NCBI GenBank assembly: GCA_045580815.1
Contig: JAZNOL010000048.1
Coordinates: 49,357 to 113,356, forward strand
Direction of reading: 5' to 3'
DNA length: 64,000 bases
From: Clostridia bacterium
GTDB taxonomy: Bacteria; Bacillota; Clostridia; RUG12999
Under the pieces are notes generated by a model, which made no database searches, was not told the DNA's origin, and saw nothing but the letters and a program-made list of their open reading frames with translations. How positions within the stretch are numbered: position 1 is the stretch's first letter; every line of letters begins with the position of its first letter. This document shows positions 43,342-52,434 of the stretch, one piece after another. Made by a program: the position numbers and the translations under genes.

Positions 43342-46053
43342 TTAATTTTGTGGAATTATATAATTTGTATAATTACCGGTTTCATCAATAAACCGATATT
43401 CATCCCCGGTCCGGGTAAGAGCAAAACCGTTATCATCAAAGCTATAGGCTCTATCAAATTGCGGCTGAATTACAAATTTGCCGGATTCGTTAATATAACC
43501 ATATTTACCATTAATATGAACCACAGCCAAACCATTAGTGGCAAAGTAGTAACTAGCATAATCAAATTGCGGCTGAATTACAAATTTGCCGGATTCGTTA
43601 ATATAACCAAATTTACCATTAATTAAAACTGCAGCCAAACCGTTAGTGGCAAAATAAGGAATATTATTAAACTGCGGCTGAATTACAAATTTGCCGGATT
43701 CGTTAATATAACCATATTTACCATTAATCTCAACCCTTGCCAAACCGTTATCGCCAAAATCAAAAGCATTATCAAATTGCGGCTGAATTACAATATTGCC
43801 GGATTTGTTAATATAACCATATTTACCATTAATTAAAACCTGAGCCAAACCGTTATCGTCAAAATCCCAAGCCATATCAAATTGCGGCTCAATTATAATG
43901 TTGCCGGATTCGTTAATATACCCCTGTTTATTATTAATATCAACCGTAGCCAAACCGTTATCATTGAAAACATCTGACCAATCAAATTGCGGCTGAATTA
44001 CAATATTGCCGGCTTCGTTAATATAACCCCATTTGCCATTAATTTTTGCTGCAGCCAAACCATTATTGGCAAAATCTCCCGCTCCTTCAAATTGCGGATT
44101 AATCACATATGCGCCGGATTCGTTAATATAACCATATTTATTATTAATTTCAACCACAGCCAAACCGTTAGTGGCAAAGTAGTAACTAGCATAATCAAAC
44201 TGCGGCTGAATTACAATGTTGCCGGATTCGTTAATATAGCCGTATTTATCATTAATTTCAACTCTTGCCAACCCGTTATCGCCAAAATAAGGAACATCAT
44301 TAAACTGCGGCTGAATTACAAATGAACCTGTTCTGTCAATAAAACCGTACTTGTTATTGCTTTTTACCAATGCCAAACCATTGTCGTTAAAGGTCCCAGC
44401 GGATTCAAACTGCGGCTGAATTATAAAACTTCCGGTTTCATCAACATAACCGTGTTTATCGTTAAGTTCCGCAGGAAACAGCGGCTTATGGTCATAGCAG
44501 TAGGTGTCGGTGTCCGATATTTGGTTGTAACAATCGGTTATTGCACAAAAAGAGGGGAGAACACCGCTGTCAACAACACAATCAATATTCGAAATTACAA
44601 TTTTACCGTTTTGGTTTAAGTCGATAATAACCCAGATTTTGTCGGTGGTTGCAACAAGAGCATAGCCGTCGTCGTATAAAGAGTATATATCTGCAAAGGA
44701 ATTCGGAATAACGTCATTGCCGTTTGTGTCAATAAATTTCCACAGGTTATTTTCTTCAACAATAGCTATGCCGTTATCGTTAAAACTCCAACAGGCATCA
44801 TATTGAAGCGATATTTCAAACTCTCCCGATTCGTTGATAAATCCCCATTTGTCGTTGATGCAGACAAGTGATAAACCGCAATCAGCAAAATCTGAGGCAT
44901 AGTCAAATTGCAAGTCGATAATAATGTTACCTTGCTTGTCAATAAAACCATATTTATTATCATTGTAAACCATAGCCAAGCCGTTATCGGTAAAAGCGGA
45001 GACGCCGTCAAATTGCGGATTAATTACATACTTGCCCGATTTGTCAATAAAACCGGATTTTTCATTAATTCTAACAACAGCTAAACCATTATCGGTAAAA
45101 TCGGAAGCATAATCAAACTGTGGTGAAATTACCAGTTTGCCTGTTTTGTTGACATACCCCCATTTATTATTTATTCTAACTTGTGCCAAACCATTGTCAT
45201 CAAAACTGTAAGCGTAATCAAATTGTGGGTTAATTACAAATTTCCCAGATTTATTAATAAATCCCCAATCGTTATTAATGCAGGCTGCTGCCAAACCGTT
45301 GTCAGAAAAACTAAATGCATCATCAAATTGCGGATTAATTACATATTTGCCTGTTTTATCAATAAATCCGTATGAGGCGTCAATACTAACCAACGCCCAA
45401 CTGTTAGAATCAAAATTGCTGATCCAGTCAAATTGCGGATTAATAGCAATAGAACCCGATTTATCAATAAGCCCCCATTTCTCGCCGATTGAAACACTTG
45501 CTAAACCGTTATCGTCAAAATCGTAAGCATCGTCAAATTGAGGGTTAATAACAACAGAGCCTGATTCATCAATAAATCCGTATTTGTCGTCAATTTTAAC
45601 CTTTGCCAAACCGTCATCGTTAAAATTGTAAGCATAGTCAAATTGCGGCTCAATTACAAAATTACCGGATTTGTCAATATAACCCCATTTGGAGTCAACG
45701 GCAACAGGCGCAAGGTCATTACTGAAAAGGGTGTATAAAATTTCTTCATCAGGCGTTGCTTTTGGGGCAGAAGGTTTTAATAAAAATACAGCAACAACAG
45801 CTACAATTACCGCAAAAACTGCACACAAAGAAATAATAACAGCTTTTTTGTGATTTGCTTTTTTTACAGGAGTAACAGCTTCGGCGGTATCTGTTTCGGA
45901 AGTATCCGTTTCTGCTGTTTCCGAGCTTTCTGCTTCAATGTTTTCAGGATTAGAACTGTCACTGTCATCAGTTGAATCTTCAAGCAACAAATCAATTAAT
46001 TCACTGTCGTCCAATTCTGTTTCGGTAGGAGAGAAGTTTGTTTCGTCGTTCAT
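43342..46053 (-). CDS. Large membrane-anchored WG-repeat protein, paralog 2 (903 aa)
   Basis: Highly acidic N-terminal tail (D/E/S/T-rich), one TM (AVIISLCAVFAVIVAVVAVFLL), and about 22 WG repeats in two blocks. The blocks are separated by a Cys-containing linker (SFCAITDCYNQISDTDTYCYDH). Confidence 0.85.
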   Translation of the reverse strand: MNDETNFSPTETELDDSELIDLLLEDSTDDSDSSNPENIEAESSETAETDTSETDTAEAVTPVKKANHKKAVIISLCAVFAVIVAVVAVFLLKPSAPKATPDEEILYTLFSNDLAPVAVDSKWGYIDKSGNFVIEPQFDYAYNFNDDGLAKVKIDDKYGFIDESGSVVINPQFDDAYDFDDNGLASVSIGEKWGLIDKSGSIAINPQFDWISNFDSNSWALVSIDASYGFIDKTGKYVINPQFDDAFSFSDNGLAAACINNDWGFINKSGKFVINPQFDYAYSFDDNGLAQVRINNKWGYVNKTGKLVISPQFDYASDFTDNGLAVVRINEKSGFIDKSGKYVINPQFDGVSAFTDNGLAMVYNDNKYGFIDKQGNIIIDLQFDYASDFADCGLSLVCINDKWGFINESGEFEISLQYDACWSFNDNGIAIVEENNLWKFIDTNGNDVIPNSFADIYSLYDDGYALVATTDKIWVIIDLNQNGKIVISNIDCVVDSGVLPSFCAITDCYNQISDTDTYCYDHKPLFPAELNDKHGYVDETGSFIIQPQFESAGTFNDNGLALVKSNNKYGFIDRTGSFVIQPQFNDVPYFGDNGLARVEINDKYGYINESGNIVIQPQFDYASYYFATNGLAVVEINNKYGYINESGAYVINPQFEGAGDFANNGLAAAKINGKWGYINEAGNIVIQPQFDWSDVFNDNGLATVDINNKQGYINESGNIIIEPQFDMAWDFDDNGLAQVLINGKYGYINKSGNIVIQPQFDNAFDFGDNGLARVEINGKYGYINESGKFVIQPQFNNIPYFATNGLAAVLINGKFGYINESGKFVIQPQFDYASYYFATNGLAVVHINGKYGYINESGKFVIQPQFDRAYSFDDNGFALTRTGDEYRFIDETGNYTNYIIPQN
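43400..44480. repeat. Intragenic tandem repeat, 105/108-bp unit, about 10 copies with long identical cores
   Basis: The core GCGGCTG(A/C)ATTA... recurs at 43461, 43569, 43674, 43779, 43884, 43989, 44094, 44202, 44307 and 44412. Three units share an identical 44-nt core, GCGGCTGAATTACAAATTTGCCGGATTCGTTAATATAACC plus 4 nt (43461, 43569, 43674). A 64-nt segment starting at 43521 recurs at 44154 (633 bp = 6 units away) with 2 mismatches. Confidence 0.9.
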
Positions 46054-46104
46054 TTTAACCGCTCTTTCTGTTGTTTATTTTTAGAGATATATGTACTGTA
46101 AATT

Positions 46105-46133
46105 ATTATAACACAAACTGTCATATTTTGCAA
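46105..46133 (-). promoter_or_regulatory. Promoter of WG gene 2
   Basis: Minus strand: TTGCAA (46133-46128), 17-nt spacer, TATAAT (46110-46105). The leader is only ~45 nt. Confidence 0.7.
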
Positions 46134-46173
46134 TAGTATATTCTAATTTTGTCGACGTAAAAATGGGCATACA

Positions 46174-46298
46174 AAAAGAGACTGTCTATTTAAACAAGTT
46201 ATTATACATTAATATTAAAAATGTAGGGGTTGATGATTACATCTACCCCTACCAAAATTATTTTTGCATAAACTTATGTTTGTTGGGACAGCCTCTTT
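46174..46298. repeat. Nested-hairpin element, copy B
   Basis: Outer arms AAAAGAGACTGTCT (46174-46187) / GGACAGCCTCTTT (46286-46298). Inner hairpin GTAGGGGTTGATG-ATTA-CATCTACCCCTAC (46223-46252). It is collinear with copy A over about 190 bp, including the promoter. Confidence 0.8.
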
Positions 46299-46318
46299 AA
46301 GTTTGAACTATTAGTTTT

Positions 46319-48823
46319 TTAACCTATAACTTTATATCCCTGGTCTTCAACGGTCTTTTTAAGCACGTCGTCGGCAATGTCTTTTGAAAGTTTAACTGTT
46401 GCTGTGCCGGTTTCGTGGCTTACAATCGCTTCTGCTACATTTTCAAGTTCTTCAAGGCATTTTTTTACTCTTGCTTCGCAATGAGGACACATCATGCCTT
46501 CAATTTTCATTGTTTTTTCCATTAGTTTTTTCTCCTTTTTGGTTTTGATTTTTTTATCTTTTGCCGTGCTTCTGATATTGAAAAAATTCAGTCGCAAAGC
46601 ATTGGTAACTACACAAAAACTGGACAGACTCATTGCCGCCGCACCAAACATTGGGTTAAGCTGCCAGCCAAAAACGGGAATCCACACGCCTGCCGCAAGA
46701 GGTATCCCGATAACATTGTAAATAAACGCCCAAAACAGGTTTTCGTGAATATTTTTAAGACTTGCCCGACTGAGACGAATAGCAGCAGGAACATCAGAAA
46801 GACGGCTTTTCATCAGCACAACATCGGCGGCATCTATGGCAACATCTGTGCCTGCACCGATGGCAATACCTATATCGGCACTTGTCAGCGCGGGGGCGTC
46901 GTTTATTCCGTCGCCGACCATTGCAACCTTGCCGCGGCTTTTAAGATTTTGGATAACACTTTCTTTGCCGGACGGCAAAACACCGGCAACAACCTCGTCC
47001 GCACCTACCTGTTTTTGAATGGCTTTGGCAGTTTTTTCGTTATCTCCAGTAAGCATAACCACATGAATACCCATGTTTTTCAGCTCGGAAATTGCCTGTG
47101 CGCTGTCGGGCTTTACCGTATCGGCAACAGCGATTATCCCCAGAAATTTGCCGTCAGCGCAGAAAAACAAAGGCGTTTTACCATGATTTGAAAGATTTTC
47201 GTACATTTCTGTAACATCAAACGGAATTTCTGCTTTTTCTGAAATAAAATTAAGGTTTCCGCCAAAGGCGGTTTTGCCATCAAAGACAGCAGAAAGACCG
47301 TTGCCGGGAACGGCTTCAAAATCAGTGCTTTCGTCGGCTGTTATACCTGTTTCTTCTGCTTTTTTGACAATTGCACGGGCAAGGGGATGCTCGCTTTTTA
47401 TTTCAAGAGAATAAGCAAGTTTGAGAAGCTCGGATTCTGTAATGCCGCCATAGGGGACAATGTCGGTAACCTCCGGTGTTCCGTTTGTAATCGTGCCTGT
47501 TTTGTCAAGGGCAATTACGCCGATTTTTCCTGCCTGTTCCAGAGATGCGGCAGTTTTGAACAAAATTCCGTTTTTTGCACCGACACCGTTTCCCACCATG
47601 ATTGCAACAGGCGTTGCAAGCCCGAGTGCACAGGGGCAGCTTATAACCAGCACGGAAATTCCTCTTGCAAGTGCAAATCCTATGCTCTGACCGCACAAAA
47701 GCCACACGGCAATTGTGATTATGGCGGCGGAGATTACAACAGGAACAAAAATACCCGAAACTTTATCAGCGGCTTTTGCAATAGGTGCTTTTGTCGCAGC
47801 GGCATCACTCACCATTTTTATAATCTGTGAAAGTGCCGTGTCTTCACCAACTTTTGTGGCTTTGCAACGAATAAACCCTGATTGGTTTATGGTTGCCGCA
47901 GAAACGCTGTCTCCGGCGGATTTGTCAACGGGAATGCTTTCTCCGGTAAGTGCCGATTCGTTAACGGCACAATGTCCGTCAATAATAACACCGTCAGCAG
48001 GAATACTTTCACCGGGTTTTACAATAAAAATATCATCTTTTTGTATTTCCGATGCGGGAATTTCTTTTTCTTTTCCGTTTTTATCAATAATAACAGCGGT
48101 TTTGGGTGCAAGCTTAATCAGGCTTTTAAGCGCATTTGTGGTTTTTCCTTTTGACCGTGCTTCAAGCATTTTACCCAAGGTAATCAGTGCCAGAATCATT
48201 GCGGCAGATTCAAAATAAAGCTCGTGCATATAACCCATAACAGCATCGGCATTGCCTTTGAGCTGTGCGTCGGTCATGGCAAAAAGGGCATAAAGACTGT
48301 AAACAAAGGATGCCCCCGAGCCCAGTGCAACAAGTGTGTCCATGTTGGGTGCTTTGTTTAAAAGGCTTTTAAAACCGCTTATAAAGAATTTTTTGTTTAT
48401 TACCATAACTGCAATTGTCAGAAGAAGCTGAACAAGTGCGACAGCGATGTGATTACCGTCAAAAAATGACGGAAGCTTCCATCCCCACATTGTATGTCCC
48501 ATAGACACATACATTAATAAAGCGAGAAAAAGGAGCGAAGAAAACAGACGACGTTTGAGAATCGGTGTTTCTGTATCTTTAAGAAAATCATCTTCGGCAG
48601 AAATGGGAGAGCCAACTTTTTTTGAACCTTTAACTTCAGCACCGTAACCGGCATCGGCAACAGCTTTTATAATTTCGCTGTCGTTTGCTGTGCCTTCAAC
48701 AGCCATTGAATTTGTCAAAAGAGAAACCGAGCAGGATGTGACACCCTCAAGCTGTGAAACGGCTTTTTCAACACGTGTGCTGCAAGCGGCACAGCTCATG
48801 CCCGAAACATTGAACTGTTTCAT
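46319..48823 (-). CDS. copA: Copper-translocating P1B-type ATPase with N-terminal and C-terminal HMA domains
   Basis: N-terminal HMA domain (GMSCAAC), CPC motif (SCPCALGLATP), DKTGT, GDGINDAP. A C-terminal extra domain MEKTMKIEGMMCPHCEARVKK... is joined by a Lys-rich linker. Confidence 0.92.
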   Translation of the reverse strand: MKQFNVSGMSCAACSTRVEKAVSQLEGVTSCSVSLLTNSMAVEGTANDSEIIKAVADAGYGAEVKGSKKVGSPISAEDDFLKDTETPILKRRLFSSLLFLALLMYVSMGHTMWGWKLPSFFDGNHIAVALVQLLLTIAVMVINKKFFISGFKSLLNKAPNMDTLVALGSGASFVYSLYALFAMTDAQLKGNADAVMGYMHELYFESAAMILALITLGKMLEARSKGKTTNALKSLIKLAPKTAVIIDKNGKEKEIPASEIQKDDIFIVKPGESIPADGVIIDGHCAVNESALTGESIPVDKSAGDSVSAATINQSGFIRCKATKVGEDTALSQIIKMVSDAAATKAPIAKAADKVSGIFVPVVISAAIITIAVWLLCGQSIGFALARGISVLVISCPCALGLATPVAIMVGNGVGAKNGILFKTAASLEQAGKIGVIALDKTGTITNGTPEVTDIVPYGGITESELLKLAYSLEIKSEHPLARAIVKKAEETGITADESTDFEAVPGNGLSAVFDGKTAFGGNLNFISEKAEIPFDVTEMYENLSNHGKTPLFFCADGKFLGIIAVADTVKPDSAQAISELKNMGIHVVMLTGDNEKTAKAIQKQVGADEVVAGVLPSGKESVIQNLKSRGKVAMVGDGINDAPALTSADIGIAIGAGTDVAIDAADVVLMKSRLSDVPAAIRLSRASLKNIHENLFWAFIYNVIGIPLAAGVWIPVFGWQLNPMFGAAAMSLSSFCVVTNALRLNFFNIRSTAKDKKIKTKKEKKLMEKTMKIEGMMCPHCEARVKKCLEELENVAEAIVSHETGTATVKLSKDIADDVLKKTVEDQGYKVIG

Positions 48824-48833
48824 AAAATCACCT

Positions 48834-49133
48834 CTATTTCATAAGTTTTTCGCAGGTTGCCACAAGCTCGTCAATAATCTCTTCATTGCCGTTTTTGATG
48901 TCGTTTAAAACACAGCTTTTAATATGGCTTGCAAGCAGTTTTTTGTTAAAAGAGTTGAGTGCGGCGTTTACCGCAGAAACCTGCGTTAAAATATCGGGAC
49001 AGTAAGCGTCTTTTTCAACCATGCCCCGTATGCCGCGGATTTGCCCCTCAATACGGGTAAGACGGTTGATAAGACTTTTGTATTCTTTTTCGTCACGCTT
49101 TTTTGTTTTGTGACAGTAACAAGTATCCGGCAT
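48834..49133 (-). CDS. csoR: CsoR-family copper-sensing transcriptional repressor
   Basis: RLTRIEGQIRGIRGMVEKDAYCPDILTQVSAV...SHIKSC (Cys-His-Cys metal ligands); 99 aa; immediately upstream of copA. Confidence 0.9.
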   Translation of the reverse strand: MPDTCYCHKTKKRDEKEYKSLINRLTRIEGQIRGIRGMVEKDAYCPDILTQVSAVNAALNSFNKKLLASHIKSCVLNDIKNGNEEIIDELVATCEKLMK

Positions 49134-49156
49134 GTTTAAACACCTCTGTGATTAAT

Positions 49157-49173
49157 ATACCCCATGGGGGTAT
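49157..49173. promoter_or_regulatory. CsoR operator (GC-rich inverted repeat)
   Basis: ATACCCC-ATG-GGGGTAT lies 4 nt downstream of the -10 box of the csoR-copA promoter. It matches the known TACCC...GGGTA CsoR box type. Confidence 0.75.
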
Positions 49174-49177
49174 TTTT

Positions 49178-49206
49178 ATTATACAATAAAAAAGCAGATT
49201 TGTCAA
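49178..49206 (-). promoter_or_regulatory. Consensus promoter of csoR-copA
   Basis: Minus strand: TTGACA (49206-49201), 17-nt spacer, TATAAT (49183-49178). Confidence 0.75.
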
Positions 49207-49258
49207 GATAAAAAAGAAGCTGTAGCAAACATTTTTGCTACAGCTTCCTGATAAATCA

Positions 49259-50242
49259 TTATTTAACAATAAGCACAACCTTACCCACGTTTTCACCGCG
49301 TTGCAAAATAGCATGAGCTTCTTCTGCTTCGGTAATAGGCAGAGTTTTGTAAATTGTGGGTTTAATCTCACCGCTTTCAATTTTCGGGAACACATTTTTA
49401 ACAAGCTCGGAAAGAATGTATGCTTTCATTTCAGGTGTTCTTGAACGGAGTGTGCTGCCGATAATACGCACATTGCGAACATAAATATTTTTAAGGTCAA
49501 TTTCGGTTTTAACACCTGCAAGTGCCGCAATCATTATCCAACGTGCACCGTGTGTAAGATAGGGGAGACACTCGCCCATATGCTCGCCGCCAAGACAGTC
49601 AATTGCAACGTCAACACTTGTGCCGTCTGCAAGCTGCTGTTTTAAAATATCGGCGGTTTTTTCTTTTGAAGTGTTAATAATAACATCGGCGTTAAGATGC
49701 TGTATGGACTTTGCAATTTCATCCGATAAGACACTTGTTATAACACGCATTTGGAATGCTTTTGCCATAGGAATTACAACACTTGCAAGTCCGCTTGCAC
49801 CTGCGTGCATAAGAAGTGTGTTTCCGGGTTTTGCACCGCCTTCAATAAACAGATTTAAATATGCTGTGGCAAAGGCTTCCGGAATAGCCGCCGCCTCAAC
49901 CATAGAGCAGTTTTCGGGCACAGGCATAAGCATATCGTATTTAACCGAAACATATTCGGCATAACCACCACCGCCAAGAAGTGCACAAACCTTGTCGCCG
50001 ATTTTCCAGTTCGATTTTTCTTTTGCCTCGTCGCCAATCTCAGTAATAACACCTGCAATTTCAAGTCCCATCCATTCAGGACAACCGGGAGGGGGCGGAT
50101 AATCACCATCACGTTGCATAAGGTCAGCACGGTTAAGTGCCGCCGCATGAATTTCAACAAGCACCTCGTCACTTTTTATAACAGGATTTGGCACGTCACT
50201 CCATGATAATGATTTATCGTCGTTTACAAGTATAGCTTTCAT
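49259..50242 (-). CDS. NAD(P)H:quinone oxidoreductase (zinc-independent MDR family, PIG3/Qor-like)
   Basis: ADH_N/ADH_zinc_N architecture: VEIHAAALNRADLMQRDGDYPPPPG, nucleotide motif HAGASGLASV, C-terminal GKVVL. Confidence 0.85.
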   Translation of the reverse strand: MKAILVNDDKSLSWSDVPNPVIKSDEVLVEIHAAALNRADLMQRDGDYPPPPGCPEWMGLEIAGVITEIGDEAKEKSNWKIGDKVCALLGGGGYAEYVSVKYDMLMPVPENCSMVEAAAIPEAFATAYLNLFIEGGAKPGNTLLMHAGASGLASVVIPMAKAFQMRVITSVLSDEIAKSIQHLNADVIINTSKEKTADILKQQLADGTSVDVAIDCLGGEHMGECLPYLTHGARWIMIAALAGVKTEIDLKNIYVRNVRIIGSTLRSRTPEMKAYILSELVKNVFPKIESGEIKPTIYKTLPITEAEEAHAILQRGENVGKVVLIVK

Positions 50243-50273
50243 ATTTTTATTTTCTCCTTAAAGTAATTGATTT

Positions 50274-51215
50274 TTAATTTGTGGTGTTTATTAGGTTCAA
50301 TTCTGTTTGGATACCTTCTCTGATAGATTTAAAATCAGTTTTTGTGAGTTTTGTTGCTTTTAAAACTTTACTGTTGTCTATTGTTCGGTCGAATAATCGG
50401 TCATAAACAGCTGCCCAATAACTGTTTTGTATATATTCTGCGTGACTTAACCATTCATTGGTATCAATCCATTCAAATTCAGTTCCAAGAACATCTGTAT
50501 AGATATCAGCAACCTCGCCCCAGGTGAGATTTTGAGCAGATGAAATGGTATAGATTTGTTTAAGTGCTTCTTTTTTTAATAAAAGATTTGCAATAAGCTT
50601 GCCGGAATTGCCTGCCCAATCAAGCCCGGCAGTAAGATTTTTTGCTTGCATCGGCAAAAATATTGGTTTTCCTTCTTTTTGCCGTTCAATTACCGTCTGA
50701 CCGCTTATAGTAACAATGTCAAGCCGATATTGCGAAAAAGATATAACAGGACGTACAATAGTCCAGTTGTCGGTGCCGGAATCCTCAATAATAAATTTTT
50801 CTGCTTTTGCCTTTGACAAAGCATAGGTTTCCTGTTCGAGAAATTCTTTGTCTGTTGATACATCCATCAATAACGGTGATGTTTCTTTTATGGGATGCTC
50901 AACGTCTGCATATACACGGTATGAAGACAAAAATATCAAATGGTCGGTGTTTGCAGACAAAAATCCGTGTATTTTTTTATAGTCTTCAACATTTGGATAA
51001 TGGATAAAATTTACGATGCCGTCATAGTGTTTTTTAGCAAACAGTTCTTCTAAAAATTCTTTTGTGGCATTTGCTTTATAAAACACAAGATTTGCGTTTT
51101 CAGAGGTTTTTTCCTCGAGGCAGACTATATCAACGCTGTGCCCGAGATTTAAAAGCTCTTTTGCTGTGTATGTTCCCAAGGTGCCGCCACCGGCTATCAG
51201 TAATATATTACCCAT
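50274..51215 (-). CDS. NAD-dependent epimerase/dehydratase-family (extended SDR) protein
   Basis: N-terminal Rossmann segment ILLIAGGGTLGTY. Start ATG 51215 is assumed; ATG 51230 is also possible. Confidence 0.7.
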   Translation of the reverse strand: MGNILLIAGGGTLGTYTAKELLNLGHSVDIVCLEEKTSENANLVFYKANATKEFLEELFAKKHYDGIVNFIHYPNVEDYKKIHGFLSANTDHLIFLSSYRVYADVEHPIKETSPLLMDVSTDKEFLEQETYALSKAKAEKFIIEDSGTDNWTIVRPVISFSQYRLDIVTISGQTVIERQKEGKPIFLPMQAKNLTAGLDWAGNSGKLIANLLLKKEALKQIYTISSAQNLTWGEVADIYTDVLGTEFEWIDTNEWLSHAEYIQNSYWAAVYDRLFDRTIDNSKVLKATKLTKTDFKSIREGIQTELNLINTTN

Positions 51216-51219
51216 ACCG

Positions 51220-52230
51220 TTATACCGCATCTCCGCAAGCCTTTAAAATAATTTTGTAAAGCTCAAGCTCGTAGTCATAATTCCAGGGATTTTCTTTTTC
51301 CCCCCGCACATATGAAGCAAAGCCTCTCATCATGTTGTCATAACGGTCAGCATGGGGCGGCTCACTTTCGTCCCATTTGCGCCCCCAGTCTGTATCTTTT
51401 TCGCTGTAATATTCAAACATGGATGTCATTACAAGTCCATTTTCGTCATATGCTTCAAGAGGTTTAAGCTCAATTGTGCCTTTGCTTCCGCAAACCACAA
51501 GCTGACGGCGTAAAAATCCACCCGGCTCCGATGCACTTGTTTTAGCAAACGAAATACCGTTTTTGTATTTGAATACCGCCATACCGTAATCCTTTGCAGT
51601 AACACCGTCGATGCCGGTAGCCATGCTCATGGGTATAATTTCTTCGGGCGTTCCCTGAATGCTGAAAATAAGGTCAATCAGGTGACAGCCTAAGAAAAAC
51701 AGCATTCCGCCGGGGAAGTTTTCAAGCCACTGACGGACATCTGTGGGATGAATACAGTCCATGTGTGTTTCAACGCTGTAAATTTCGCCCAGCTTTCCGC
51801 TTTTAACAAGCTCTTTTACTTTCATAACAGCAGGATTGTAACGGTACATATATCCCGTATGGAACACCTTGCCGCTTTTTTTCATTATATTTATCATGTT
51901 TTCAAAATCAGCAAGATTTGTGCCACCGGGTTTTTCCATGTGCATATGCTTGCCACTCTTGGCAACAAGTGTTGCGTATTTTGTCAGGTATATTTCTTCT
52001 GTTTCAACAGCAACCGCTTCAATTTCGGGGTCGTTTAAAATTTCGTCAACGGTCATTTCTTTGTATCCGTTAAAAACCTCCATACGATTAGGAAATTTTT
52101 CTCTTTCGTTTTCAGGAAGTGCATAGCCGACAATTTCAAAAATATCGCTTTGTTTTGCCATGCTTGCAAAAATTGACTGACCGTGGCTGTTACCGCTTGT
52201 ACCAATCTGAGCAATTTTGATTTTTTTCAT
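51220..52230 (-). CDS. Gfo/Idh/MocA-family oxidoreductase
   Basis: MKKIKIAQIGTSGNSHG start follows AAAAGGAG. The track's longer start (52320) has no RBS. Confidence 0.85.
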   Translation of the reverse strand: MKKIKIAQIGTSGNSHGQSIFASMAKQSDIFEIVGYALPENEREKFPNRMEVFNGYKEMTVDEILNDPEIEAVAVETEEIYLTKYATLVAKSGKHMHMEKPGGTNLADFENMINIMKKSGKVFHTGYMYRYNPAVMKVKELVKSGKLGEIYSVETHMDCIHPTDVRQWLENFPGGMLFFLGCHLIDLIFSIQGTPEEIIPMSMATGIDGVTAKDYGMAVFKYKNGISFAKTSASEPGGFLRRQLVVCGSKGTIELKPLEAYDENGLVMTSMFEYYSEKDTDWGRKWDESEPPHADRYDNMMRGFASYVRGEKENPWNYDYELELYKIILKACGDAV

Positions 52231-52362
52231 GTTACCACTCCTTTTTATCATTATAAAACATATAAACATATTATTACAAGAAATTATTCTGCCGAAAAAG
52301 GATATTATTCTACTATGCAAACTAAAAATACGAATGAGCTGATGCGGACAAAAATTGTCCTC

Positions 52363-52391
52363 TTGACAAGCTTTCTCTACAAGTGTACAAT
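52363..52391 (+). promoter_or_regulatory. Promoter of the large secreted protein gene
   Basis: TTGACA (52363-52368), 17-nt spacer ending in TG, TACAAT (52386-52391). Confidence 0.7.
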
Positions 52392-52434
52392 ATAATCATT
52401 TGCTACCAAATATTCTTTAAAAGGAGCGAAATAT

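Noticed and set aside
43348-45526. A regular repeat array that could superficially be mistaken for a CRISPR or satellite locus, plus several plus-strand ORFs (43348-43626, 43987-44325, 45181-45375).
   Set aside because: The repeats are 105/108 bp, contiguous without unique spacers, and lie in frame within a minus-strand WG-repeat protein gene. The plus-strand ORFs are repeat-generated shadows.
49259-52230. The three consecutive redox genes (quinone oxidoreductase, SDR/epimerase-like, Gfo/Idh/MocA), considered as a novel pathway cluster.
   Set aside because: All three belong to very common, promiscuous families. No transporter, regulator or signature enzyme defines a pathway. I noted it only as context for the neighbouring secreted protein.
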